Source of the DNA: Spirochaetia bacterium
Lineage (GTDB): Bacteria; Spirochaetota; Spirochaetia; DSM-2461
Reading direction: 5' to 3'
Length of the DNA: 64,000 bases
Assembly (NCBI GenBank): GCA_963668315.1
Contig: OY764216.1
Coordinates: 4,128,001 to 4,192,000 of the forward strand
In this document: positions 40,499-49,510 of the stretch, in pieces
How the letters are laid out: each line of letters begins with the position of its first letter
Numbering within the stretch: the stretch's first letter is position 1
Position numbers and translations under genes: made by a program
The notes under the pieces: generated by a model
Seen by the model: the letters and a program-made list of their open reading frames with translations, nothing else
Databases searched by the model: none
Told to the model about the DNA's origin: nothing

Positions 40499-41377
40499 CT
40501 ATTCACCGTTGCGGACGACTCTGAAACCCCGGCTGTAAAAACGGTCGTCCGGCGGGGTGGCCGCCCGGTAGGCCGATCTCAGATGCTTGGCAAAATCGTT
40601 CCACCCGCCTCCCCGGGTCAGGCGAAGAAATCCCTCCGCCGGACCGGAGGGATTGACCGAAGTTCCCCCGTCATAATTCCCGTAAAAATCAAAGCACCAT
40701 TCACTGACATTTCCGTGCATGTTATAGAGTCCCCAGGGATTCGGGTCAAAGCTGTCCACGGAGACGGTTTTTTCACGGTAGATTCCGGGAGGCGTTTCCA
40801 TCTCATAACGGTCAAAATAGTGATCCTCCACCGTATAGGGATAGTAGCCGAAGTAATTGACGTCTTCCGCGGCGACCGAATCCCCCCTATTGAAAGGGGA
40901 AGACGTCCCCGCCCGGCAGGCATACTCCCATTCCGCTTCCGTGGGAAGCCGGTATCCGTCGGCCCCCCGGTCCCAGTGAACCTGCCTGCCGCTGATCTGA
41001 TAAACGGGCTGCCTGTTCTCCCTGCGGCTCAGGCCGTTGCAGAAGGAAACGGCATCGTACCAGCTCACCCCTTCCACGGGCAGACCGGCGCCGGTGAAGG
41101 AACTGGGATTCTCCCCGGTAATCTCTTCGTATTCAGCCTGGGTCACTTCATAGGGGCTCATATAAAAGCTGTCCACCCTTACCCTGTGAAGGGTTTCATC
41201 GGGCTCCCGCCACAATTCGCTTTCCGGACTTCCCATGGAAAAGACCCCTCCGCTGATCAGGATGAGATTATCATCCCCATAGGACCGTAACTCCCGGTCA
41301 TTCTGGGCGAAGAGAAACAGGGCCGTTCCCAGAAAACAGAAAAAACCAAATGCCTTTTTTTTGCCGTTGATCTTCAT
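40499..41377 (-). CDS. FGE-sulfatase (SUMF1-like) domain protein with signal peptide; lacks the FGE catalytic cysteines
   Basis: FSMGS, PVEGVSWYDA, YRLPTEAEWEYACRAG, NPWGLYNMHGNVSEW, RGGGW, GFRVVR. Confidence 0.88.
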   Translation of the reverse strand: MKINGKKKAFGFFCFLGTALFLFAQNDRELRSYGDDNLILISGGVFSMGSPESELWREPDETLHRVRVDSFYMSPYEVTQAEYEEITGENPSSFTGAGLPVEGVSWYDAVSFCNGLSRRENRQPVYQISGRQVHWDRGADGYRLPTEAEWEYACRAGTSSPFNRGDSVAAEDVNYFGYYPYTVEDHYFDRYEMETPPGIYREKTVSVDSFDPNPWGLYNMHGNVSEWCFDFYGNYDGGTSVNPSGPAEGFLRLTRGGGWNDFAKHLRSAYRAATPPDDRFYSRGFRVVRNGE

Positions 41378-41973
41378 TTAAGGGGTACTCCGTTTTCGGA
41401 CAGCCACTCACGGATTTCCTCTTCCAAGGTTGATTTTCCACCGTAGTAGACGGCCAGACCGCTTCTGATATCCGAACCGGGGCTCAGTTTGGCGATGGCG
41501 GAAATGCTCTGTCCCAGACGGCCTCCCCCGTGGGTGCAGAAGGGAACGATTTTCTTGCCCGAAAGGTCGTAACTCTCCAGGAAGCTGGCGATAGGCATGG
41601 GAATCGACGCCCACCAGTTCGGGAACCCCAGAAGAATGGTATCGTAGCCGTCCAGATTTCCGGGCAGATGGCTGATCTGGGGGCGGGCCCTTCTTTTCTG
41701 ATCCTCCTTAGCCTCCATCAATACGGTATTATAAAGGGAGGAATAGGGATCGGATAGTTCAATCTCGTAAATATCGGCCCCGGTCAGGTCATGGACGATC
41801 TTCGCCAGGGACAGGGTGTTTCCGCTGGCGTAGGTGACCGTATCCACTTCTCCGGTCAGGCTGTTCCCCCGTGAACTGGGAAAGCACACGATAAGCAGGG
41901 AGGAGTTCTGCCCTGCCAGGGGAATCATAAGAGAACAAAGAAGAATGAGGCATAGAAGGATATGTTTTTTCAT
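41374..41973 (-). CDS. Flavodoxin-like protein with signal peptide
   Basis: SGNT, YDTILLGFPNWW, PFCTHGGG; hydrophobic N-terminus. Confidence 0.85.
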   Translation of the reverse strand: MKKHILLCLILLCSLMIPLAGQNSSLLIVCFPSSRGNSLTGEVDTVTYASGNTLSLAKIVHDLTGADIYEIELSDPYSSLYNTVLMEAKEDQKRRARPQISHLPGNLDGYDTILLGFPNWWASIPMPIASFLESYDLSGKKIVPFCTHGGGRLGQSISAIAKLSPGSDIRSGLAVYYGGKSTLEEEIREWLSENGVPLK

Positions 41974-42003
41974 GTTTTCCTCCCTTCCTGTGAATCGGTC
42001 ACT

Positions 42004-42984
42004 CTAAACATGGCCCACGATATTATGGGGGACATAGGGCTCTTCCAGATACGCGGTCTCCTCCGGTGTGAGCTCCACCGGGACGGCGGACAGAGCAGAG
42101 CGTATATGCTCCTTTTTCGTGGCTCCTATGACAGGAATGGTCACCGGGTCTTTCTGCATAAGCCAGGCCAGAGCCAGCTGCACACGGGATATCCCCTTCC
42201 GTTCGGCCAGGGAAGCGACCCTCTCGGCAATCAGTCTGTCCTGATCCGCCGTTGAATCATACTTACGCCGGGCGATCCAGTCCGTATCCCCGCGTTTCGT
42301 CGTGGCCGACCAGTCCCGGACCAGCCGGCCCGAGGCGAGGGGGCTGTAGGGCGTCAGGGCTATCCCCTCCTCCCGGCACAGGGGAATCATCTCCCGCTCC
42401 TCTTCGCGGTACATCAGGTTCAAATGGTTCTGCATCGATACGAATCGGGTCCATCCGTGCCTATCGGCGACGTGAAGAGCTTTCTGAAACTGCCAGGCGT
42501 ACATGGAGGAAGCGCCGATATAGCGGGCCTTTCCGGCCTTAACCACATCATGGAGCGCTTCCATGGTCTCCTCTATGGGGGTATGGGGATCCCAGCGGTG
42601 GATGATATAGAGATCGACATAATCCGTGCCGAGACGCCGGAGGCTGTTATCGATCTCGCTCAAGATGGCCTTGCGCGAAAGGCCCGATCCGTTCGGCCCC
42701 TTGCGCATTTCCTGGTGTACCTTCGTGGCCAGGACGATCTCGTCCCTGTTCGCGAAATCCTTAAGGGCTCTTCCGAGAATCTCTTCGCTTCTTCCCAGGG
42801 AATACACATTGGCCGTATCAAAAAAGTTGATCCCCGATTCGAGGGCTTCTCTGATGATGGGGCGGCTTTCGTCCTCCCGCAGGGCCCACTTGTGAATCCA
42901 TGTATCCGGATCTCCGAAGCTCATGCACCCCAGGCACAGTCTGGAAACGTCCAGACCCGTCCGTCCCAGTTTCACATACTCCAT
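42004..42984 (-). CDS. Aldo/keto reductase (YajO-like)
   Basis: LGRTGLDVSRLCLGCM, FFDTANVYS, SLRRLGTDYVDLYIIHRWD, GKARYIGASS. Confidence 0.93.
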   Translation of the reverse strand: MEYVKLGRTGLDVSRLCLGCMSFGDPDTWIHKWALREDESRPIIREALESGINFFDTANVYSLGRSEEILGRALKDFANRDEIVLATKVHQEMRKGPNGSGLSRKAILSEIDNSLRRLGTDYVDLYIIHRWDPHTPIEETMEALHDVVKAGKARYIGASSMYAWQFQKALHVADRHGWTRFVSMQNHLNLMYREEEREMIPLCREEGIALTPYSPLASGRLVRDWSATTKRGDTDWIARRKYDSTADQDRLIAERVASLAERKGISRVQLALAWLMQKDPVTIPVIGATKKEHIRSALSAVPVELTPEETAYLEEPYVPHNIVGHV

Positions 42985-42996
42985 AGTCGTCCTCCC

Positions 42997-43677
42997 CTAA
43001 AAACCCAAACCGGCCAGCCAGCTCTCGACGTCCGGCCTGCCCTTCCCCAGCCCGATTTCCGACCGGTATAAACCGATCTCCTCCTCCAGCTCAACCGAGG
43101 GAGGCAGACTCTTTTCCAGATCACGTATAGACCGGGCGACACCGCTGGTGCCGTGGGCGAGAAAGGGAATAACCCTTTTGCCGGAAAAGTCGCTGCTTTC
43201 CACGAAGTTCACCACGGCCATGGGGACCGTGTACCACCAGGTGGGAAATCCCAGGAAGACGACATCGTAATCGTCCATGTTCAAGGCGGGACCGGTCAAT
43301 TCGGGCCGGGTTTTCCGCGCCTTTTCCCGGGAAGCCCTGTCCAGGCATTCGTCCCAGTAGCAGGAGTACTTATCCCTGACGGTTATGGAATAGAGCTCCC
43401 CGCCGGTCTCCTCCCTGATCCACGACGCCATCCGCGACGTATTTCCCGGGGGGAGGACGCTGGCCGTGGTGACCGTATCCACCCCTTCATTGCTTTCCAT
43501 GGAGAAGACATGGGTATTGGCCTCCCTTACCGCCCGGGCCCGGTCCTCGATCACCGTATTCTCCGCCCAGGTGAAATAGGCGATGAGTATCCTATCTCCC
43601 GACTGTGCCCCAAGGGGCATAAGACTCACGGCGGACATAAGAGCCAGGGCGATTTTCCCTCTCCGATTTCCTGTCAT
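42997..43677 (-). CDS. Flavodoxin-like protein with signal peptide
   Basis: ILIAYFTW, PGNT, YDVVFLGFPTWW, PFLAHGTSG; ATG 43677 overlaps the upstream stop (ATGA). Confidence 0.85.
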   Translation of the reverse strand: MTGNRRGKIALALMSAVSLMPLGAQSGDRILIAYFTWAENTVIEDRARAVREANTHVFSMESNEGVDTVTTASVLPPGNTSRMASWIREETGGELYSITVRDKYSCYWDECLDRASREKARKTRPELTGPALNMDDYDVVFLGFPTWWYTVPMAVVNFVESSDFSGKRVIPFLAHGTSGVARSIRDLEKSLPPSVELEEEIGLYRSEIGLGKGRPDVESWLAGLGF

Positions 43678-44384
43678 CTCGACCTCCCGGCGGATTTTCT
43701 TCCTCTGAAGAACGCGGATAACCAGTACGCCATCCACGCGAACAGAATCATCATGCAGGTATACTCAAAGAAAAATGAGAGTACCGGCTGTTCGAAATCA
43801 AAAAAGACGAACTGAGTCCTCATAAACAGATAGATCCCGATCTGCTGTTTGAAAAAAGCGTATACTCCGTAACCGGACAGAACCAGGGTCGCACCATGGG
43901 AAAAGATGAAGCGAAGCCGTGACGGCTCCCTTAGAGACTTCCCCGAGAGCATCCTGGACACTCCCGCCCAGTGCAGGCCCAGATGCAGGGCGGTGAGTAT
44001 GAAAAACCAGTAGGATGTGACCATATGCAGAACCCGGGCGAACCCCATGCCCACCCCTATTCCCAGGAAATAGAAAACATAGGAAGAGAGGAGCACACTG
44101 CTTATGACAAGTCCAATGGCGGTGATCATCAACAGTATGTTGACCGCCGTGTTGAATATTCTTAACCCGGAGTATTTTCCCGTAAAGAGGGAGGAGTACC
44201 ATTTTCTGTTGAGAATAACATGGACGCCCCAGAGGACGATGGTCAGAGTGCCGATTATCTCATGGGCCAGATCGCCTGTGACCATATATCCCATGAGAAA
44301 CATCAGTCCGGCCGTCATGGCTATATCCACAGCGATCCTCGCTCTCTGACGGACCGGTTTCCTCTCATCATGAGCCTTGTTCAT
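43674..44384 (-). CDS. DUF4405-like integral membrane protein (His-rich, cytochrome b-like)
   Basis: Hydrophobic helices with His in AHEIIG, VHVILN, LHMV and LHLGLHW. Confidence 0.7.
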   Translation of the reverse strand: MNKAHDERKPVRQRARIAVDIAMTAGLMFLMGYMVTGDLAHEIIGTLTIVLWGVHVILNRKWYSSLFTGKYSGLRIFNTAVNILLMITAIGLVISSVLLSSYVFYFLGIGVGMGFARVLHMVTSYWFFILTALHLGLHWAGVSRMLSGKSLREPSRLRFIFSHGATLVLSGYGVYAFFKQQIGIYLFMRTQFVFFDFEQPVLSFFFEYTCMMILFAWMAYWLSAFFRGRKSAGRSR

Positions 44385-44725
44385 GCTTTCCTCAATTCGC
44401 GGATGAGATAATCCAGCCTGTCCACGGACTGCTGGTAGTACCTCAGCCGGGTCATCTTCTTTTTTCTCTGTTTTTCGAGAAGCAGCAGCCTCCTCGGGAC
44501 GGTGCCCTTCCCGTTCTTTTCCAGATCCATAATCTCCTTGATGACATCGGCCTCAATACCGGCTTCCTTCAGCGTAAATAGTCTTTTCAGGTAACAGACG
44601 TCTTCCCGGGAGAAATCCCCCCCTTCCGCGGACTGCCCTTTAGATTCAAACAGACCGCACGATTCCAGTTCTCCCAGAACCGATGATGAGAGATGGTAGC
44701 ATTCGCATAAATCATCATAATTCAT
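44381..44725 (-). CDS. Small divergent MerR-like protein
   Basis: FSREDVCYLKRLFTLKEAG...LEKQRKK...LDYLI coiled-coil pattern; start could be 44755. Confidence 0.6.
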   Translation of the reverse strand: MNYDDLCECYHLSSSVLGELESCGLFESKGQSAEGGDFSREDVCYLKRLFTLKEAGIEADVIKEIMDLEKNGKGTVPRRLLLLEKQRKKKMTRLRYYQQSVDRLDYLIRELRKA

Positions 44726-44774
44726 AATACTCTGCCCTGTCCTCATCGGATTCACTGATAGATAATTCCATTTT

Positions 44775-45263
44775 TTACTTAGCCTCGATCCCGTTTTCCC
44801 TCAGCCATCCGGTAAGAGACGATGCAAGACCGTCCCCTCCCTGCCCGTATAATGAGAGGCATTCTCCTACGGCTGAGCCGGGACAGTACTTTTTTATATC
44901 CTTTGAAAAATGTCCCTCCCCGCCCCCGCCGTGGGTGCAGAAAGGCACTATGGTTTTACCGGCCCGCCCTGTCTGCGATAAAAAAGTCAGAACCGGGGGG
45001 GCCATGGTGGAACACCAGATGGGAGATCCTATGATAAGGGTATCACAGGATGCCCAGCCATCAGGTAGAGGACCGATAGGGGGCATCACGCCGCTCCTGA
45101 TTTCACGGCGGCCCTTTTCCAGACAGGAACCGTAGCTTCGGGAGTACTCTTCCAGGGGCCTTATCTTATAAAGAGTCCCGCCGGCGGTTCTTTGAATGAG
45201 ATCGGCGATATGGCCGGTATTGCCCGACCATGAATAATAGGCGATGAAAATCTTCTGCTCCAT
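44775..45263 (-). CDS. Flavodoxin (cytoplasmic)
   Basis: IAYYSWSGNT, IGSPIW, PFCTHGGGG. Confidence 0.9.
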   Translation of the reverse strand: MEQKIFIAYYSWSGNTGHIADLIQRTAGGTLYKIRPLEEYSRSYGSCLEKGRREIRSGVMPPIGPLPDGWASCDTLIIGSPIWCSTMAPPVLTFLSQTGRAGKTIVPFCTHGGGGEGHFSKDIKKYCPGSAVGECLSLYGQGGDGLASSLTGWLRENGIEAK

Positions 45264-45314
45264 ACCGCTACGCTCCTGCCATTGATTCAATAGATGGATT
45301 TCCTGAAGGACAGC

Positions 45315-46517
45315 CTATTCCAGACGGCCGTACTCGTCATCGGCGACCGGGTCCAGCCACTGGTCCTCGGGGCCGTTCTCCACGGGAACGATGACGGCGA
45401 TATGGGCGAACCATTCACCCGGGGCGGAACCGTGCCAGTGCTTGACGCCGGCGGGAATGAAAACCGTATCCCCCGCCTTCAGCTTCTGAGGCTCCTTGCC
45501 CTCTTCCTGGTAGTATCCCTGTCCCATGGTAACGAGAAGCACCTGGATATAACTGTGGGCGTGCCAGGTTGTGCGGGCGCCGGGCTCGAATGTCACATTG
45601 ACAATAGGAACGCTCCCCGAATTGAAGGGGACCAGGGGCGCCACATAGGAATTTCCCGTGAAAATCGTCGTGTTGCCGCTCAATTCCCCCCGGGGGAATA
45701 CTTCGGGAATATAGGAATATCCCCCGTCACCCCCTGCCGGAGCTCCACCGGAACCGTTTCTGCGGGCCAGGACCTGTGTCAGTACGGCTTCGGCGTTTGC
45801 CCCTCTCTCGGCTCCCAGTTCGGCGCCGATAACTTCTACGAAGTTGAACATCTGCTCCTCGGTCAGGCCGGTGTTCATGGCGGCGCTCATATGAAACATC
45901 TGCTGGGAATTGGTCCCTTCCATGGCGGCGAGGGCGGAGATGGTGCTCAGCTCGCGCAGAGTGAAGGAGACATTGTCCCGTCCGAAAATATCGGCGAAAA
46001 GGTGCTCCTTGAGAAAAGCGTCCATGCCGTTGGCATATCCGTTGGTATCTCCTTTCTGCTGCTGCAGAGGAAATCCCATGAGAGTACCGAGATGGGAGAC
46101 ACCCAGGGCATATTTGTCTGTTCCTTCGGGCAGAAAGTCCGGTTCGGTGCCCACCGCGTCTCTTTTGCCTTCGGCCTGCCTCTCTTCGAGAACGGCGGTG
46201 AGGGCGGCTTGTCCGTTAAGGCTCCGGGGAAATCCTGCATAGGCATAAAGCTGAAGAACAACTTCGCCTATCTCATTAACGGTGAGACCGCTGTCGAGCC
46301 CCTCATTGATAGCCCTTTTCAAATTTTCCGTGTCCCCGTTGGCCGTATAGGCGGCAATGGCTACAACCTTCTGCATTTTCTGCGGAAGAGCGGTACCCGT
46401 CACCTGCGTCCTGACTTCGCCTTCCGGTGCCGAGGCACAGGACATCAGAAAAACCGATGCCGCCAGGGCAAACAGATAGGACGATGTTTTTTTCATCAAT
46501 TCTCTTCTATTCCTCAT
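45315..46517 (-). CDS. Carboxymuconolactone decarboxylase-like / cupin fusion, predicted lipoprotein
   Basis: Lipobox-like FLMSC; YAYAGFPRSLNG and HLFADIFGRD CMD motifs; VTFEPGARTTWHAH...KHWHGS cupin; start 46517 or 46496. Confidence 0.82.
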   Translation of the reverse strand: MRNRRELMKKTSSYLFALAASVFLMSCASAPEGEVRTQVTGTALPQKMQKVVAIAAYTANGDTENLKRAINEGLDSGLTVNEIGEVVLQLYAYAGFPRSLNGQAALTAVLEERQAEGKRDAVGTEPDFLPEGTDKYALGVSHLGTLMGFPLQQQKGDTNGYANGMDAFLKEHLFADIFGRDNVSFTLRELSTISALAAMEGTNSQQMFHMSAAMNTGLTEEQMFNFVEVIGAELGAERGANAEAVLTQVLARRNGSGGAPAGGDGGYSYIPEVFPRGELSGNTTIFTGNSYVAPLVPFNSGSVPIVNVTFEPGARTTWHAHSYIQVLLVTMGQGYYQEEGKEPQKLKAGDTVFIPAGVKHWHGSAPGEWFAHIAVIVPVENGPEDQWLDPVADDEYGRLE

Positions 46518-46565
46518 GAAATACTCTCCTTTCTTCATAGTATTATTCCATGTGCTTTATTTCCT

Positions 46566-46635
46566 ATAAGAATAGTGGAATTCGCCTGATATGCCCAATA
46601 CTTATTTCAAATACAAGAATATACCTGCAAAGCAT
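46566..46635 (-). promoter_or_regulatory. LysR-type promoter module 1
   Basis: Minus strand: ATGC-N7-GTAT (T-N11-A), 13 nt, AAATAAGTATTGGGCATA, then TATTCT 18 nt after TTGGGC; same architecture at 57448-57514. Confidence 0.7.
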
Positions 46636-46680
46636 AATAACGAAAGCGGCGAGACAGGGGATTTCACAGCAGCCATTCTC

Positions 46681-46787
46681 ATTTTGGGCGTGTCCCCGGG
46701 TTTCACCCGGGGCCGTGCTTTTCACGGGTCTCGTCTCAAGGAAATAAATTCCCTTGAGACCGCTTCGCGCCGTTACAATCACTCACC
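46681..46787 (-). ncRNA. Structured repeat unit A (Flavo-1-like motif candidate)
   Basis: Stems CCCCGGG/CCCGGGG, GTCTCAAGG/CCTTGAGAC and CGC-TTC-GCG; aligns to unit B with compensatory changes; family assignment is from memory only. Confidence 0.45.
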
Positions 46788-46814
46788 ATGACGCCCCCCT
46801 CCCTTATACCCTAT

Positions 46815-46915
46815 GCGCTAACGGATTGCAGCAGCCCGAAGGGGTCTATGCGCCAGCATAGACGGAACCTGCGAAAAGCCTGACCCCCGGCAAGGCCGGG
46901 GGGAGCGCCCAAAAT
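46815..46915 (+). ncRNA. Structured repeat unit B (Flavo-1-like motif candidate)
   Basis: GCGCTAACGGATTGCAGC...CCC-GAA-GGG...GTCTATGC/GCATAGAC...GCGAAAAGCCTGA CCCCCGG/CCGGGGG ...GCGCCCAAAAT. Confidence 0.45.
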
Positions 46916-46942
46916 GAGAAGGGCTTTTTCACAGGATGAAGA

Positions 46943-47006
46943 TTGACTATATGACCCTTTTATATTATAACTTTATAAGATCACTTAGAGTTAACTCAAG
47001 GTCAAG
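46943..47006 (+). promoter_or_regulatory. merR promoter and MerR-type operator (site A)
   Basis: TTGACT-17bp-TATAAC (46943-46971) followed by the dyad CTTAGAGTTAACTCAAG (46984-47000). Confidence 0.75.
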
Positions 47007-47016
47007 AGGTAAAAAA

Positions 47017-47484
47017 ATGACATATTCCATAGGCCAGGTGGCAGAACAGTATAATCTCTCCATCCATACGCTCAGATATTATGAAAAAGAGGGAATTCTC
47101 CCCTTTGTAAAACGGACGCCCAGCGGAATCCGTAAATTCGATGACGATGCCCTGGAAGGTCTGCGTGTAGTCGAATGTCTCAAAAAAACCAACATGCCCC
47201 TCAAGGACATCAAGGTGTTTCTTGACTGGTGCCAGGAAGGGAACGGGACCCTTGAAAAAAGAAGGGACATGTTCTACGAGCAGAAACAGGCCGTTCTGGA
47301 TCAGATCGCCGAACTGCAGGAAACTCTGAAGCTCATTGATTTCAAATGCTGGTATTACGATAGCGCTCTGGAACTGGGTTCGGAGGAGGAAATAAGAAAA
47401 ATCCCCCTCGAGGAGATGCCCGAAGAGATACAGGAGCTTTACAGGGAATCCCATGGGGAATTCTCACAGGATTCCATGGAATAA
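47017..47484 (+). CDS. MerR family transcriptional regulator (AdhR/NmlR-like)
   Basis: YSIGQVAEQYNLSIHTLRYYEKEGIL...VECLKKTNMPLKDIK; ATG 47017 with GAGGT RBS. Confidence 0.93.
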   Translation: MTYSIGQVAEQYNLSIHTLRYYEKEGILPFVKRTPSGIRKFDDDALEGLRVVECLKKTNMPLKDIKVFLDWCQEGNGTLEKRRDMFYEQKQAVLDQIAELQETLKLIDFKCWYYDSALELGSEEEIRKIPLEEMPEEIQELYRESHGEFSQDSME

Positions 47485-47540
47485 GCATCCCCCGATCCGT
47501 CTCCCCGATCCCCGGGGAGTAAGTTGACGGGCCGGCTGTT

Positions 47541-48326
47541 TTACACGATACTTCTTTCTGCTCTCTCCAGGGAGCGGTGAATAAAATCTATGATTTTTTC
47601 ACCCGTTCGTACTCTATGGGAGCCTGAGAAGCCGTGTCCTCCGCTCCGGTAGACAACCAGTTCGGCAGAGACGTAGGCATCGGCGGCTTCTTCCGAGTAG
47701 GAAAGGTCTACCAGACTGTCCAGCATGCCGTGAAAAATCAGAACATCCCCCTGATATTCACTGATTTTCCCATATACATCCATATCCCACAGATCGGTAA
47801 AATACTTTGATCCGAGCAGTACGCCCCACCGGGTGAACTCTTCGGGGATATTTTCGGGGGACCGGTAGTCCCTTCGGCCGTGATCGGGAATACAGAAGGC
47901 CGGATATAACATTATCAGGCCTTTTATCTCCTCTTTTCTTTCGGCTGCCGCCAGGGCGGCGACGAAACCACCCTGACTTTCTCCCATGAGAAATATATTA
48001 TCTCTGTCAATGTAACTCAGAGACTGCATGCACTCCAGCAGGGCCTTCATATCCTCGACCTGTGTCAGTACGGACATTTCCCTCGTATCGCCATCGCTTT
48101 TCGTACGATGGGAGCCGCCGCAGAAATCAAAGACACAGCCCGCAATTCCCCTGGCAGCCAGTAAACGGGCGTAATAGGCATTATCCCTGTAGGTCCCGGT
48201 AAAGCCGTGACCGATAATAACGGCGGGGAAGGCGCTTTCTTTCCTGGCGGGGATGTAGATCTGCCCGTAGAGGGAAAGGTCTCCCCTTTCCCAGCTGATC
48301 TCTTCCATTCTATATAATTCCAGCAT
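47541..48326 (-). CDS. Alpha/beta hydrolase (feruloyl-esterase-like)
   Basis: HGFTG, FDFCGG, GESQGG nucleophile, HGMLD, GHGF. Confidence 0.85.
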   Translation of the reverse strand: MLELYRMEEISWERGDLSLYGQIYIPARKESAFPAVIIGHGFTGTYRDNAYYARLLAARGIAGCVFDFCGGSHRTKSDGDTREMSVLTQVEDMKALLECMQSLSYIDRDNIFLMGESQGGFVAALAAAERKEEIKGLIMLYPAFCIPDHGRRDYRSPENIPEEFTRWGVLLGSKYFTDLWDMDVYGKISEYQGDVLIFHGMLDSLVDLSYSEEAADAYVSAELVVYRSGGHGFSGSHRVRTGEKIIDFIHRSLERAERSIV

Positions 48327-48356
48327 TCCGTCTGGCCCCCAGATTTTATAACGAGA

Positions 48357-48380
48357 GGGACCGCCCCGAAGGACGGTCCC
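48357..48380 (-). terminator. Intercistronic stem-loop
   Basis: GGGACCG...CGGTCCC inverted repeat. Confidence 0.45.
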
Positions 48381-48403
48381 GTCGCAGGCAGAGAAAACTC
48401 CGC

Positions 48404-49468
48404 CTATTTCAGATATTCAGAAAAGAAGGAATCCAGCTTGTCAAAGGGGATCATGTCTTCTCTGTCATAAAGGTCGATATGTCTGGCACCGGGAATGATA
48501 ACCAGCTCTTTCGGTTCGGCCGCTTTTTCGTATGCCTCTTCCGTATAGTAGCGGGAGTGGGCATTTTCACCCATGATGAACAGAATCGGTCTCGGAGAGA
48601 TGGAATCAAGGTAGCTCATCAGAGGAAAGTTCATAAAAGACAGGGCACTGGTAAGGGTGAAGTTGGGAATCGTATTGGGATGCCAGCCTCTCTCCATTCC
48701 GTAGTATTCAAAAAACTCCGCAAAAACGGGGGGCAGTCCTTCGGGAACAGCAGAGGCAGGTCCGTCCACGGGCCATCCGCCCTGGGGAAGAGCGGGAGTT
48801 CCGTTCTCGAAATCCGCCCAGCGCTGCTCGCCGAGCTGGTCTAGCATCTGGTTGCGCTGATCATCGGTCATGTAATAACCGAGACCGTAACGGGTCATGC
48901 TGCTGATATCGTACATACTGGCCGTGGCGACAGCCTTGATTCTGTGGTCAACCTGTGCCGCGGTCAGAGCAAATCCGCCGCTCCCGCAGATACCGATGGC
49001 TCCGATTCCCTCTCTGTCTACAAAGGGAAGAGTACCCAGATAATCCACGCCGGCGCTGAAATCCTCGACAAAGAAGTCGGGAGACGAAACATCACTGGGA
49101 GTTCCGCCGCTTTCGCCGTTAAAGGACTCGTCAAATGCCAGGGCGACAAAGCCCCGTTCCGCCATATTCATAGCGTATACACCGGCGCCCTGCTCTTTCA
49201 CTCCGCCGTAGGGAGTACCGATGATAAGGGCAGGATATTTCTGCGTTTTGTCGATGTCCCGGGGAAGGAAGAGATGACCGGCAAGGGTTACTCCGTAGCG
49301 GTTCTTGTACTGAACGGGTTCGAGGGTAACATCGTCTCTCAACTCATAGGTCAGATAGATATCATCTCCCTGACGAAGCTGGGTTGTTTCGGCAGGCTGA
49401 GTGGCGCAGCTGAACATCAGCAGGGCCGCCAAAGCCGTCATTAAAATAAAAGATACTGTTTTCTTCAT
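48404..49468 (-). CDS. Alpha/beta hydrolase (YcjY-like, Cys nucleophile), predicted lipoprotein
   Basis: LLMFSC lipobox; PYGGVKEQ, GESGG, GICGSGG, HIDLYD. Confidence 0.85.
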   Translation of the reverse strand: MKKTVSFILMTALAALLMFSCATQPAETTQLRQGDDIYLTYELRDDVTLEPVQYKNRYGVTLAGHLFLPRDIDKTQKYPALIIGTPYGGVKEQGAGVYAMNMAERGFVALAFDESFNGESGGTPSDVSSPDFFVEDFSAGVDYLGTLPFVDREGIGAIGICGSGGFALTAAQVDHRIKAVATASMYDISSMTRYGLGYYMTDDQRNQMLDQLGEQRWADFENGTPALPQGGWPVDGPASAVPEGLPPVFAEFFEYYGMERGWHPNTIPNFTLTSALSFMNFPLMSYLDSISPRPILFIMGENAHSRYYTEEAYEKAAEPKELVIIPGARHIDLYDREDMIPFDKLDSFFSEYLK

Positions 49469-49510
49469 TAATTTTCCTCCAATTTTCCTTTGAAAATCAT
49501 GTGTAAACCA

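Larger units (their letters stand above)
46670..46926. repeat. Inverted doublet of a structured repeat (MITE/REPIN-like) flanked by the 8-bp direct repeat TTTCACAG
   Basis: Ends AGCCATTCTCATTTTGGGCG (46671-46690) and CGCCCAAAATGAGAAGGGCT (46906-46925) are 19/20 inverted; TTTCACAG at 46662-46669 and 46927-46934. Confidence 0.75.

Noticed and set aside
40499..41377. FGE-domain protein as the maturase of the sulfatase at 21826-23358
   Set aside because: It lacks the catalytic CxxxxC (has RGGGWNDFAKHLR), appears exported while the sulfatase is cytoplasmic, and belongs to a different operon.
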